Source: Sedimenticolaceae bacterium
Lineage (GTDB): Bacteria; Pseudomonadota; Gammaproteobacteria; Chromatiales; Chromatiaceae
Assembly (NCBI GenBank): GCA_050287965.1
Contig: JBNKCX010000025.1
Coordinates: forward strand, 6,233 to 70,232
Direction: 5' to 3'
DNA length: 64,000 bases
The notes below the pieces were generated by a model. The model was not told the origin of the DNA. It did not search any database and saw only the letters and a program-made list of their open reading frames with translations. Positions 29,527-39,696 of this stretch are shown one piece after another. Positions within the stretch are counted from its first letter, which is position 1, and each line of letters starts with the position of its first letter. The translations under genes and the position numbers were made by a program.

Positions 29527-31008
29527 TCATAAACTCCTGAGTATCTCCATACAGATTCCGTTCATCTCCCGGGCCCGCTCCGCGGAACTCGCTTCATTAT
29601 AGCAGCGCAGTTCCGGGGCGTTTCCCGAAGGACGCAGGTGTACCACCTCTTCATTGCTGAAGGTAATGCGCAACCCGTCCGTTTCATCCGTATCTTTCAC
29701 ATTACCAAAAGCCTGCCCGAAAACCCGCTCAATGGCGTTGCGACCTCCCGAGGAAAAACCGCCTAAAAGCGCCTTACTCGATTCCGTTGGAAAATCCTTA
29801 AGCCGGTCGCTGTGGGTATAACGTTGCGGAAGCAGATCAAGCAGACCGGAAACAGGTACGTGGCGTTCTTTTGAGAATATCAGAACACTCAGAATAACGA
29901 TTACCGCATCCCGGGTAGGCAACGGAGCCAGCTCTTTGCCGTTCAGAAGCAACCGATCGGCGGTTAAAAACCCTCCGTTGGCCTCATACCCGACAACAGC
30001 CTCCTTTCCCTCCCGCAGAAACCTGTCCATTGCTGAAATTACAAAGGGAGAGCCGATCCGCGTCCGTCTCACCGCTTCAAACCAGCCGCATTTCTCCACC
30101 GCACTGTTGCTGCTTACGGGGGTGGCCAGATTCCGGGCGCCTAGGAATCGCGCGCACAGGATCCCGGCAACATCCCCCCGCAACCAATTTCCCTTCTCAT
30201 CGCTGATCAGGGGTCGATCCCCGTCACCGTCCGTCGAGACGATGCTATCCAACTGATATTCCGCAGACCATTTCCTGGCCAGATCAATATCTTCAATCCT
30301 GATCGCCTCCGTATCCACCGGCACGAACCGGTCGGAATACCCCAGTGGAGTGACCGTTGCCCCCAAACCCTCAAGGACCTCTTTCACGCATACACGGGCA
30401 ACACTGGAATGCTCATAAAGTCCGACCCGAAGACCCTGCAGGCAATCCGAAGGGAGGAAATCCAGATAGCGCGCTATATATTCCCTGAACGCCGCATCAT
30501 CCCGCTCGGGTAACGACGTTGGTTCGATAAACCGCCCGTCAAGGTCAAACAGACCGTCCGGTATCCTGATTTCCTGATCCCTTATCGCCTCTTCATCTTC
30601 CTTGAGTATCTCTCCCGTCGGTTTGTTGAATTTGATTCCGTTGCGGTCATCGGGGATATGGCTGCCGGTGACCATGATCGAGGGGATGCCTCGCCGCATA
30701 CCGTAGAGGGCTATCGCCGGCGTCGGAACGGTACCGGCGTTTACGGGAACCAGGCCTTTGTCTCTTACCGCCCGTGCTACCGCGGCCATTATCCTCGGCG
30801 TACTTGGCCGTAAATCACCGGCAATTGCCACCCTGCCTCCGGTGTTCACATCACCGGCGGAAAGAAGGTGCTGAAGGAATGCTGAAGTGTAGGCATAACT
30901 GACATAGTCCGTCAGTGAATCAGCCAGCCCGCGGACGCCGCTGGTCCCGAACTTGACACCCGTCTGCTCCATCAATTCGAAAACGGAGATAATTCCTTTT
31001 GTCCTCAT
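29527..31008 (-). CDS. Phosphomannomutase/phosphoglucomutase-family phosphohexomutase
   Basis: 493 aa. Phosphoserine loop TGSHIPDDRNG and metal loop STDGDGDRP. Confidence 0.8.
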   Translation of the reverse strand: MRTKGIISVFELMEQTGVKFGTSGVRGLADSLTDYVSYAYTSAFLQHLLSAGDVNTGGRVAIAGDLRPSTPRIMAAVARAVRDKGLVPVNAGTVPTPAIALYGMRRGIPSIMVTGSHIPDDRNGIKFNKPTGEILKEDEEAIRDQEIRIPDGLFDLDGRFIEPTSLPERDDAAFREYIARYLDFLPSDCLQGLRVGLYEHSSVARVCVKEVLEGLGATVTPLGYSDRFVPVDTEAIRIEDIDLARKWSAEYQLDSIVSTDGDGDRPLISDEKGNWLRGDVAGILCARFLGARNLATPVSSNSAVEKCGWFEAVRRTRIGSPFVISAMDRFLREGKEAVVGYEANGGFLTADRLLLNGKELAPLPTRDAVIVILSVLIFSKERHVPVSGLLDLLPQRYTHSDRLKDFPTESSKALLGGFSSGGRNAIERVFGQAFGNVKDTDETDGLRITFSNEEVVHLRPSGNAPELRCYNEASSAERAREMNGICMEILRSL

Positions 31009-31180
31009 AATATTCTTCCGGGCAGGCCTGATCTTAGCGTATCGTTTCCCCCATTGTAACGGGCTTTAGACCGGCAGTAACCTGGGGAAACCGTTGCGGA
31101 GTATTACATCCCGGCAGGAGCGCCCGCCTGGCGCGAATTTGATAAGATGGAAACAAGCATATACACCCGGTCATCAAACC

Positions 31181-32392
31181 ATGCGTCTAATTCCCGCCAC
31201 AAGCACCGCCTGTCTTTTTCTGACCGCGCTGCTCTTCGGTCATCCGGTATCAGGGACACCCAAGCCGGAAATCGTTATCGATGCGGATACGGGAGCCGTG
31301 CTTTACCATAACGAGGCCATACAAAGCTGGTATCCCGCTTCACTCACCAAGATGATGACACTCTACCTGGTGTTTAAGGCACTGAAAACGGGCGAGCTTG
31401 ACCCCGACGAGGAACTTACGGTGTCGGCCTACGCCGCAACTCAGCCTGCCAACGATATAGGACTTAAAGAAGGAGAGAAAATATCGGCGCGGGATGCAGT
31501 AATCGCGACAGCCACGGTTTCGGCCAATGACACGGCGGTGGTGTTGGCGGAACGGCTCGCCGGGACGGAAACGGCATTTGTCCAGCGTATGAACGAACAG
31601 GCGAACAAGCTGGGGATGTCCGCCACACGGTTTTCCAACGCCAGTGGTCTGCCGGGTCCGGACCAGCAGACCTCCGCCCGTGACATGGCGATCCTCGGGC
31701 TGCATCTGTTGCACGACTTCCCCAAGTGGTTCGATTTGTTTTCCAGATCCTCTGTTGCCTTCAACGGAAAAACCTTTCTCAGCACCAACCGCAAATTCCT
31801 CAATTATCCGGGTGCCGAAGGCATCAAAACGGGATTCACCTGCGACTCCGGATATAACCTGGTCGCTTCAATCAAGCGCGAAGACCGGGAGCTCATCGGT
31901 GTAGTACTGGGCGCGGAGAACGGGGAAGAGCGTTACCTTCGCATGATCAAGCTGCTGGACCTGGGATTTGCCGCTGACCGGCAACTGAAACCCGGTGCCG
32001 CCATCGGTTATCTGCGTAACGAACCGGGCGGAAAACCCGTCAGCATGGAGTCAAGCGTATGCATAAACGGCGTAGCCAAGGTTCGGGAGGGCATCATAGA
32101 AACCGAAGGGAATCTGCCGGGTTGGGGTATTCTGCTGGGTGTCTACGAGACGCGAAACGAGGCATTGAGCATGGCCAGAAAAACCCGTCAACGCGTTAAG
32201 GAGGTTGTGAAGAAGGTTCGCATAGCGATTCTGCCGAGACGATTCGCTCAGGGTACTTCCTGGAAGACCCTTCTGGTGGGGATGAGTCCCGAGGAAGCGG
32301 GACAGGCATGTTGGCGTTTATGGGCGGAGAAGGTTCCATGTTCCTCACTCTCCCCATCCATGCTCAATCAGCCGGGATTTGCCAAGCGCTGA
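31181..32392 (+). CDS. D-alanyl-D-alanine carboxypeptidase (S11 PBP) with a C-terminal SPOR-like domain
   Basis: The start was moved to the ATG at 31181, which precedes a signal peptide. Motifs SLTKMMT (SxxK), SANDTA (SxN) and KTGFT (KTG). The C-terminal ~70 aa (GWGILLGVYETRNEAL...) is SPOR-like. Confidence 0.8.
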   Translation: MRLIPATSTACLFLTALLFGHPVSGTPKPEIVIDADTGAVLYHNEAIQSWYPASLTKMMTLYLVFKALKTGELDPDEELTVSAYAATQPANDIGLKEGEKISARDAVIATATVSANDTAVVLAERLAGTETAFVQRMNEQANKLGMSATRFSNASGLPGPDQQTSARDMAILGLHLLHDFPKWFDLFSRSSVAFNGKTFLSTNRKFLNYPGAEGIKTGFTCDSGYNLVASIKREDRELIGVVLGAENGEERYLRMIKLLDLGFAADRQLKPGAAIGYLRNEPGGKPVSMESSVCINGVAKVREGIIETEGNLPGWGILLGVYETRNEALSMARKTRQRVKEVVKKVRIAILPRRFAQGTSWKTLLVGMSPEEAGQACWRLWAEKVPCSSLSPSMLNQPGFAKR

Positions 32393-32490
32393 TCGCCGTC
32401 CTCCGCGTGCCCTTTGATGGCCGGCGCGAAGGAATATGTTGCAGAACCAGGCGCCACTACTGCAATAATCGCCTTACATCCGGACAGGCA

Positions 32491-32526
32491 AAGAAAAAGC
32501 CCGGCAGTGCCGGGCTTTATATTTCT
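32491..32526. terminator. Bidirectional rho-independent terminator
   Basis: AGCCCGGC-AGT-GCCGGGCT stem. It is flanked by an A-run on one side and TTTATATTT on the other, between convergent genes. Confidence 0.7.
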
Positions 32527-32539
32527 CGAGGTGATCCGA

Positions 32540-33331
32540 TCAACCCAGGAACTTGCGCCGGGTTCCCATAAAGCCCAACCCGAGGGTCATCAACAGGATT
32601 GTCGCAGGTTCCGGAACGCTGCCGCCACCGCCGTTATCGTGATAGACCGTACCTGAAATCGCGCTGACCTTAAAGAAATCCGCTCCCCAGGTATTGTTGG
32701 AACCGACAACGGTACCGGAGGGATTCAACAGCGGGTTATATGCACCTACCAGCCAGTAGCGGGAATAGACCGTGTCACCTGGATTGAAGGTACCGGTGCT
32801 TCCGGGCCAGTCGGCCACATTGGCCATATGGGCGATATCGTCCCAACCGTTGGCAAGGAGCTGATTCCACTGGAGACTGGTGATATCGGAAGGGGCCCCG
32901 GTGAGCGCCAATACCGATATGTCCGAGTCGTTATACGACCAACCCACGGAGACGGAGTTCAATGAGACCAGATTCCCCTCGCCGAAATCGAACAGAATGG
33001 CTTCGTATTCGTTGTAATCGTTATCCAGGGCATGTGAGGGATAGGCCTCGGGCTCGTAGGTCTTTTTCGCCCCCAGGCCGGTCCAGGCATTGACCTGCCC
33101 CTGAGCGATATTCTGGCCGTCGCTGGCGATATAGCTCTTAACGGTGACAGTGTCGGTACCTGTGGTGTCCGTGTAGACCCGGTAATCGTCCCAGTCGCCG
33201 CACCCGTAGGTTCCCGCAACGCAGTTGTCCGTAAAGTTAAACGTCCAGGTTGTCGTCGCCTGACCCATAACCGGCGCCAGCAGCACCAATGCCGCAAAAA
33301 ACGCCTTTTGAACTGTTCTCGAAAGCTTCAT
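32540..33331 (-). CDS. PEP-CTERM-anchored secreted protein (exosortase substrate)
   Basis: The start was moved to the ATG at 33331 (signal peptide MKLSRTVQKAFFAALVLLAPVMGQA). The C-terminus GGGGSVPEPATILLMTLGLGFMGTRRKFLG shows a Gly-rich linker, the PEP motif, a TM helix and a basic tail. Confidence 0.85.
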   Translation of the reverse strand: MKLSRTVQKAFFAALVLLAPVMGQATTTWTFNFTDNCVAGTYGCGDWDDYRVYTDTTGTDTVTVKSYIASDGQNIAQGQVNAWTGLGAKKTYEPEAYPSHALDNDYNEYEAILFDFGEGNLVSLNSVSVGWSYNDSDISVLALTGAPSDITSLQWNQLLANGWDDIAHMANVADWPGSTGTFNPGDTVYSRYWLVGAYNPLLNPSGTVVGSNNTWGADFFKVSAISGTVYHDNGGGGSVPEPATILLMTLGLGFMGTRRKFLG

Positions 33332-33671
33332 TATTCTCAAGATTCCCTTTTTTAACCGCGCATATTGCGCCGCCAACAAACCGTGACTCGCTTCACAGTT
33401 TAATTAATACCTGACTATTTGCAATGAATGCAGAAATCGTACCAATAACTTCCGTCCACCCGGCGCCTATAGAATATTCTTTTTGAATCAGCCCGTTATC
33501 CGCCACCCCGCTGGTCCATACCGATACCGAGAGGTAAATTTCTTAAGAATCCGGTTCATTATTGTAAAAAAAACTGACACCCTGAAACAGGTTACTCTGA
33601 CACCGACGTCCGGCCGATGCGGGCAACCTGCTTTGGTACGGCAGGTCATCGGGGGTTTCGAGATTCGCCCT

Positions 33672-36467
33672 TTAGGGCTTGCTTAAGTCAGTCAACCTTT
33701 TGCGCGCGTCTTCGCTGCCCGGAAACCTCTCCTTCAGCGTAAACGCCTTTTCCAATTCCGCCCTGGCTTCGTCCCGGCGGCCCAGATCCTCCAGCGCCAC
33801 GGCAAGATGATAACGGATCTCCGCCTGTTTCGGACTGCGGGCACTTGCATCGCGCAGGTGGCCCAATCCCTTTTCCGTCTGACCCTCCCTGACCAGCAGC
33901 CAACCCAGGGTGTCGATTACATTGGCGTCCGTCGGAGCAAGCTCATAGGCCTTGCGGGCAAACTCCCGGGCGCGGGAATCGCCCATATCCGCGTAGAGAT
34001 TAGCCAGGTTGTTAAAAAGCGAGGGGGCCTTTACGCCCTGTTGCAGCAGCTGTTCGTAATGGGTCTTCGCCTCTTGCTTCTGTCCCTTGGCGTGGTAAGT
34101 TTCGGCCAATGCCATTCTGGCAACAGTTCCCTTGGGATGACGATCCACCCAGGCGGCCAGTTCCCGCAGTGCCGCATCCGGATCGCCGGCCGCACCGCGG
34201 GCCTTGAACCGCCGTAGCGCCAGGGTAGGATCATCACTTGTCTTAAGGGCTTCATCGTAGTACCCGACGGCCTTGCTGAACTCCTTCTTTCTTAATGCCA
34301 GATCACCACGTAACGGTTTGACAGCCGGATGATCCGCGGCCTGCGCGGCAAGCTGGTCAATCAATTCCGCCGCGGAGTCCAGTTTATTCATCCGGATCTC
34401 CATCTCCGCCAACGCCAGCAGCGCCGGCAAAAACTCCGGATCCCCTTTTACCGCCTTCTGCAACGACCAACGGGCCTCGTCCTCGATACCCCCCTGCAAC
34501 TGCAACTGTGCGATCTGATAAAGGGCCTCCGCATCAAAACCGGCCAGCTTGACGGCGTTCTTGAACGCCGCCCGTGCCGCCAGTGAATTCCCCAGCACCA
34601 CCTGAACCTTGCCGACGGCCTGATGCGCCAGCAGGTTTTCCGGCTGCCTTCTACGCATCTCCGATGCTATCTCCAGGGCCCGTTCGGGAGTACCGGCTTC
34701 TATAAAGAGATCGATCAGGCGGATAGCTACGTAATTGGCTTCGCGATCGATTTCATGGGCCTTTTCCAACAAACGTATGGCGCTATCCAATGAACCGGCC
34801 TGTTTTTCCAGGTTCGCCAGTTCATACAACAGACGGGGATTCTCCGGTTCTTTCGATAACAACCCCTGTAGCGCCCGGCGGGCATCATCAACCCTGTTTT
34901 CCCGCAGATCCAGATGCGCCAGATTGATTATGGCGGGCCTGAAATCCCCTTGGATAGCCAGTGCCTTGGCATACCATTGTCGCGCCGAATCCGGTTTTTC
35001 CAGCTGCACGTAGGTCGCTCCCAGCATATTGGCCACCGTGGCATTGTCCGGTTGGCGCTGTGCCATTTTAGTCAGAACCTCTTCCGCCCGCCGCGCATTG
35101 CCCAGACCAAGCTGGACGGCGGCGAGTGCCTGAGCGATGTTATTTGAATCCGGATCGGCCTGGTATGCCGCCTCAAGGTCCTGTACCGCTTTTTTCTTAT
35201 CTTTCGCCGCCAGACGGGAAAGCCCGAGCTTAAGCAGGGTTTCGGGCTGCTCCGGGGCCAGACGATCCGCTGTCTCCAGGCTGGCAACGGCTTTTCCAAA
35301 CTGACCCGCCTGCAGATAAGCATCGGCGAGCTGGCGGTGCAGATCAGGCATTCTTGGCCCCAGTTCAGTCGCCCGTTGCAGCACCGGGATGGCCTTGGAC
35401 GGCTCTTTCATAGCCAGCAAGGTCGACCCCAACATTTTGAGCGCAAGAAGGTTGTTGGAATCTTGGATCAAATAGTCCGAGAAAAACAGACGGGCCTTTT
35501 CCAGTTCACCATTGCTGTAATTTATCAGCCCACCCATCAGGAGCAGATGAGGAACCTCTCTCAGGTTGTCATAGCGGGCGGTATTTACCAGGTGAGCAGC
35601 ATGGGTTAAAGCCTCTTTGGCGCCTTGCAGATCGCCCGATCCACGCTTTGCCACAGCGAGAAAATAGCCTATCTGCGGATCCCATTTCGATGCTACGGAA
35701 AGTGCGTTCAATTCCTTTATGGCTTCTTCAAACCGTTGCAATTCGATATACGCGGATACGCGGGATATCCGTGATGTGTAGTGATTCGGCTGCAACTCCA
35801 ATGAGCGGGTATAATGGCTGATCGCCTGTTCCAGATCACCACGGGCATAGGCAATGGCACCTTTGGCATGCCAAGCCTCCGCGTGTTTCGAATCATAGGT
35901 AAGCGCCTGGTCGGCAAGGGTATCGGCAGCCTGGGGCCGATTCTGTTTCAACTCCAGCATGGCCAGACCTACGGTGGGCAACACCTTATCCGCACCGGGT
36001 ATCCGCAACGCCTGCCTGAAGACGTCCTCCGCCTCTTTCAACTCCCCCAGTTCAAGATAGGCCCTGCCCCGTAAAAACAGAATCTCCGGCTGCTGTTCCT
36101 GGGGCAGTCGCTCCGCCGGGATCTCTTCGATAAGTGCCGCAAACTTGTGCTGCTGATCGAGGGCCTTGGCAAGAGGCAGCAAAGTAAGGCTCGGTGCACC
36201 GCCGGTCCGCTGGGCAATACGGATCTCTTTCTCCGCGCTGGCTCCGTCACCCTGACGTAACAGAGATTCCCCCAGAAGAAGGCGCGCCGGCAGATAGTCG
36301 GAGTTGAGCTCCAGAGCGTTCTTCAGTTGAATTACCGCCGACTCATACTCCTGCTTGTTGAAATAGCCCAGCGCGTCCTCGTAGTAACGGACGGCCTCCG
36401 GAGACGGTTCAGCCAGGACCAGCCCCGACAAGGACCAGAGAACAAGGGCGTACAGTATGCGCTTCAT
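33672..36467 (-). CDS. prsT: PEP-CTERM-system TPR-repeat protein (PrsT-like)
   Basis: 931 aa with a signal peptide followed by continuous TPR repeats. The ~900-aa size and adjacency to a PEP-CTERM substrate match the family. Confidence 0.75.
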   Translation of the reverse strand: MKRILYALVLWSLSGLVLAEPSPEAVRYYEDALGYFNKQEYESAVIQLKNALELNSDYLPARLLLGESLLRQGDGASAEKEIRIAQRTGGAPSLTLLPLAKALDQQHKFAALIEEIPAERLPQEQQPEILFLRGRAYLELGELKEAEDVFRQALRIPGADKVLPTVGLAMLELKQNRPQAADTLADQALTYDSKHAEAWHAKGAIAYARGDLEQAISHYTRSLELQPNHYTSRISRVSAYIELQRFEEAIKELNALSVASKWDPQIGYFLAVAKRGSGDLQGAKEALTHAAHLVNTARYDNLREVPHLLLMGGLINYSNGELEKARLFFSDYLIQDSNNLLALKMLGSTLLAMKEPSKAIPVLQRATELGPRMPDLHRQLADAYLQAGQFGKAVASLETADRLAPEQPETLLKLGLSRLAAKDKKKAVQDLEAAYQADPDSNNIAQALAAVQLGLGNARRAEEVLTKMAQRQPDNATVANMLGATYVQLEKPDSARQWYAKALAIQGDFRPAIINLAHLDLRENRVDDARRALQGLLSKEPENPRLLYELANLEKQAGSLDSAIRLLEKAHEIDREANYVAIRLIDLFIEAGTPERALEIASEMRRRQPENLLAHQAVGKVQVVLGNSLAARAAFKNAVKLAGFDAEALYQIAQLQLQGGIEDEARWSLQKAVKGDPEFLPALLALAEMEIRMNKLDSAAELIDQLAAQAADHPAVKPLRGDLALRKKEFSKAVGYYDEALKTSDDPTLALRRFKARGAAGDPDAALRELAAWVDRHPKGTVARMALAETYHAKGQKQEAKTHYEQLLQQGVKAPSLFNNLANLYADMGDSRAREFARKAYELAPTDANVIDTLGWLLVREGQTEKGLGHLRDASARSPKQAEIRYHLAVALEDLGRRDEARAELEKAFTLKERFPGSEDARKRLTDLSKP

Positions 36468-36657
36468 ACGGCGACATCCATTATCGGCGAAAAATCGAGG
36501 GTAGAATTTTCGGCTTTATCCCGCAAGTTATCAACATACCGGGGCCGATTCACACTATAGGGATACTCATCGACGACGACCGTTTTCTTCCAGGACAAGG
36601 CGCGCAGCGTATCAAGGTACGGTTCGTGACCGGAAAACCGTCCGTATAGATATAGAA

Positions 36658-36744
36658 TGGTGCCCAGGGCCGGACTTGAACCGGCACGGCCGCGAGGCCG
36701 GCGGATTTTAAGTCCGCTGCGTCTACCAATTCCGCCACCCGGGC
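36658..36744 (-). tRNA. leuZ: tRNA-Leu (anticodon TAA)
   Basis: The reverse complement GCCCGGGTGGCGGAATTGGTAGACGC...CTTAAAATC...GGTTCAAGTCCGGCCCTGGGCACCA folds as a class II tRNA. It has a long variable arm and an encoded CCA. Confidence 0.9.
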
Positions 36745-36777
36745 AGGGGTGCGTTCCGCGAACGGAATAAATAAAGA

Positions 36778-36851
36778 TGGAGGCTGAGCCCGGAATCGAA
36801 CCGAGGTCCACGGCTTTGCAGGCCGCTGCATAACCACTCTGCCACTCAGCC
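36778..36851 (-). tRNA. cysT: tRNA-Cys (anticodon GCA)
   Basis: The reverse complement is GGCTGAGTGGCAGAGTGGTTATGCAGCGGCCTGCAAAGCCGTGGACCTCGGTTCGATTCCGGGCTCAGCCTCCA. U73 discriminator and CCA are present. Confidence 0.9.
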
Positions 36852-36979
36852 CTTTCAGTTAACCGTCGTTGGTTAACGGTTTTCAGTTTGGGTGCAGGAA
36901 AGTATCAGGTATTGTGCCTGATCTTTCTAGTTTTATTAAAGAAAAACCCCGGCAGTATCGCTCGGGGTTTTCCGGAATT

Positions 36980-37055
<76 letters not shown>

Positions 37056-37073
37056 ATCTCTGGAAGGCCGCTA

Positions 37074-37101
37074 TTTTAGTCTACCTGCCCCGCCTGTCAA
37101 G
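37074..37101 (-). promoter_or_regulatory. Sigma-70-type promoter for the tRNA Gly-Cys-Leu cluster
   Basis: The minus strand reads TTGACA-16 nt-TAAAAT followed by a GC-rich discriminator (AGCGGCC). It lies about 18 nt upstream of the mature tRNA-Gly 5' end. Confidence 0.55.
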
Positions 37102-37266
37102 GCGAACACATTGCAATTCAAGGCCTATATATGATGCTGCAACCGGAGGATTAATCTTTCGGCGGCACTCAATCCGCAACGACACGGCAACCCAAAAACG
37201 GCGCAGAAACTTCTGATAAAACAGCGGGATACCAAGTTCCCCGAGGGTTGCCTGCGCCGTTCCCGG

Positions 37267-37863
37267 TCAGCTGTCCGCCTCTTCCTCCGGTGCGGAGACC
37301 GCTGAATCGCCCCTGTTCAGGCTCGGCCAGGCGGCCCGCAGATAGAGCACCATGGACCAGAGGGTGAGAAAAGCGGCGACATAGAGCAGGACATAACCGA
37401 TGGTGTAGATAGGCAGTTCCCAGAGGGGTTCGCGGTAGATCAACATGACGATCGCCAGCATCTGAACCGTGGTCTTGATCTTGGCAATTACCGTAACCGC
37501 AACCTGGGCGCGAGCCCCGAGCTCGGCCATCCACTCCCGCACAGCGGAGATGGTGATCTCACGGCCGATGATGATCAGTACCGGAATCGCCAGTGCCGGC
37601 GACGGGTCCGACTCCAGCAGAAGAATCAGGGCGACCGCCACCATCAGCTTATCGGCCACGGGATCGAGAAAGGCGCCGAAGGGGGAGAACTGTTCCAAGC
37701 GGCGCGCCATATAGCCGTCCAGCCAATCGGTTATCGCCGCCAGGGCGAATATCCAGGCGCAGGCCTTGCTCGACCAGGCGAGAGGCAGATAGAACACGGC
37801 CACAAAGACCGGGATAAGGGCGATCCTGAGGAGGGTCAACAGGTTAGGGATATTGATCGGCAT
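37267..37863 (-). CDS. pgsA: CDP-diacylglycerol--glycerol-3-phosphate 3-phosphatidyltransferase
   Basis: 198 aa. CDP-alcohol phosphatidyltransferase motif DWLDGYMARRLEQFSPFGAFLDPVADK. The start overlaps the uvrC stop (ATGA). Confidence 0.9.
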   Translation of the reverse strand: MPINIPNLLTLLRIALIPVFVAVFYLPLAWSSKACAWIFALAAITDWLDGYMARRLEQFSPFGAFLDPVADKLMVAVALILLLESDPSPALAIPVLIIIGREITISAVREWMAELGARAQVAVTVIAKIKTTVQMLAIVMLIYREPLWELPIYTIGYVLLYVAAFLTLWSMVLYLRAAWPSLNRGDSAVSAPEEEADS

Positions 37864-39683
37864 TATTCGTTCCCGTGAAAAGCCTCATAAATCTTCTCCG
37901 CAAGGTGTCGACTGATACCCTCCACCCGCTGAAGGTCCTCGACGCCTGCGGCGGCGAGTTCCTGCAGACCACCGAACTGCTTAAGCAGCCGTTGCCGGCG
38001 CTTGGGTCCGATCCCCTCGATCCGTTCCAGGGGAGATTTTCCGGCGCGCGTATGCCGCCGCTGGCGATGGCCGGCAACGGCAAAGCGGTGGGCTTCATCA
38101 CGGATCTGTTGAATCAGGTGCAGGGCCGGTGATCCTGCCGGGAGTATAAGGGGGTGCTCGCGGCCGGACAAGAACAGCTGCTCCATTCCGGGTCTGCGAT
38201 CCGCCCCCTTGGCGACAGCCACCAGTTTGACGCCACTCACCGCGAGTTCTTCCAGTACCCGCTCGGCGGCGCGCAACTGTCCCTTGCCGCCGTCGATGAA
38301 AAGGATATCCGGCATCCTGCCCTCCCCGGCCAGGATGCGCTGGTAACGGCGCATCAGCGCCTGTTCCATGGCCGCATAATCATCACCCGGCCGTATATCA
38401 CGTATATTGAAGCGCCGGTAATCCCGTTTCGCCGGCCCCTGCTGATCAAAGACTACACAGGATGCGACGGTCTGTTCCCCCCCGGTATGACTGATATCGA
38501 AACACTCCATCCGCTCCGGCAGCTCATCCAACTCCAGTGTGCCCTGCAGCGCTTCCAGCCGCGCTTCCATACCGGCCTTACTGGCCAGTCTGGAATCCAG
38601 TGCCAAACGCGCGTTCTGCTGCGCCATCTGCAACCAGCGCGCACGCTCCCCGCGGACACCATTCAATATCTTCACGCCGTGACCCGCGGCGTTGGAAAGG
38701 GCCTCCTGCAACAGCGTTTTCTCCTCCGGTTTGTGGCTGACGATGATCTCTTTCGGTATCTGTTTCCCCAGGTAGTACTGCCCCAGAAAGGCGGAAACGA
38801 TCTCCCGCTCTCCGGAATCACCGGGGATCCTGGGATAAAAACTCTTGTTACCCAGATTGCGGCCGCGGCGGATGAAGAACAGCTGGATACAGGCCGCACC
38901 CCCTTTACCGGCACAGGCGACGATATCCAGATCACCTTTTTCGCCGCTGACATACTGCCGCTCCTGGATCCTTCGCAGGCGGGCGATCTGATCGCGGTAG
39001 CGGGCGGCCTGCTCGAACTCCAGCGCCTCGGACGCCAGCTCCATACGCTGCACCAGTTCGTCGATCACCTGATTGGTCCTGCCCTCAAGGAACAGCCGCG
39101 CATCGCGCACATCCCGCCCGTAGTCCTCTTCAGAGACCAGGCCGACACAGGGGGCGGTACAACGTTTGATCTGATACTGCAAACAGGGCCGGGAGCGATT
39201 GCGAAAGAAACTCTCTTCACACTGGCGCACGGGAAAGAGTTTCTGCAACAGCTGCAGGGTGGCGCGCATGGAACCGGCGTTGGGGTAGGGACCGAAGTAG
39301 TGTCCCCCGGCCTTTCGCGCACCCCGGTGATAGGAGAGCCGCGGAAACGGGTCATCGGAAAGATGGATATATGGATAACTCTTGTCGTCCCTCAGCAGTA
39401 CGTTGTAGCGCGGTTTCAGGGACTTGATCAGATTATTTTCCAGCAGCAGCGCCTCGGCTTCCGTATGGGTAACCGTCACCTCGATGTTCCTTACCCTGGC
39501 CACCATCAGCTGCAAACGCCGATCGAGGGAACGGTTAAAATAGCTGCTGACGCGCCGTTTCAAATCCCGCGCCTTGCCCACATAGAGCACCTCCCCCTTC
39601 TCGTCCAGCATACGGTAAACCCCCGGACGGCTGGTCAGGGTTTTCAGGAAGGGTTTGGGATCAAAAGAGGGAGCGGACGTCAT
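37863..39683 (-). CDS. uvrC: Excinuclease ABC subunit C
   Basis: 606 aa. GIY-YIG N-terminus (GVYRMLDEKGEVLYVGKA), a UVR domain and a C-terminal (HhH)2. Confidence 0.95.
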   Translation of the reverse strand: MTSAPSFDPKPFLKTLTSRPGVYRMLDEKGEVLYVGKARDLKRRVSSYFNRSLDRRLQLMVARVRNIEVTVTHTEAEALLLENNLIKSLKPRYNVLLRDDKSYPYIHLSDDPFPRLSYHRGARKAGGHYFGPYPNAGSMRATLQLLQKLFPVRQCEESFFRNRSRPCLQYQIKRCTAPCVGLVSEEDYGRDVRDARLFLEGRTNQVIDELVQRMELASEALEFEQAARYRDQIARLRRIQERQYVSGEKGDLDIVACAGKGGAACIQLFFIRRGRNLGNKSFYPRIPGDSGEREIVSAFLGQYYLGKQIPKEIIVSHKPEEKTLLQEALSNAAGHGVKILNGVRGERARWLQMAQQNARLALDSRLASKAGMEARLEALQGTLELDELPERMECFDISHTGGEQTVASCVVFDQQGPAKRDYRRFNIRDIRPGDDYAAMEQALMRRYQRILAGEGRMPDILFIDGGKGQLRAAERVLEELAVSGVKLVAVAKGADRRPGMEQLFLSGREHPLILPAGSPALHLIQQIRDEAHRFAVAGHRQRRHTRAGKSPLERIEGIGPKRRQRLLKQFGGLQELAAAGVEDLQRVEGISRHLAEKIYEAFHGNE

Positions 39684-39696
39684 AACGTCATTATAA

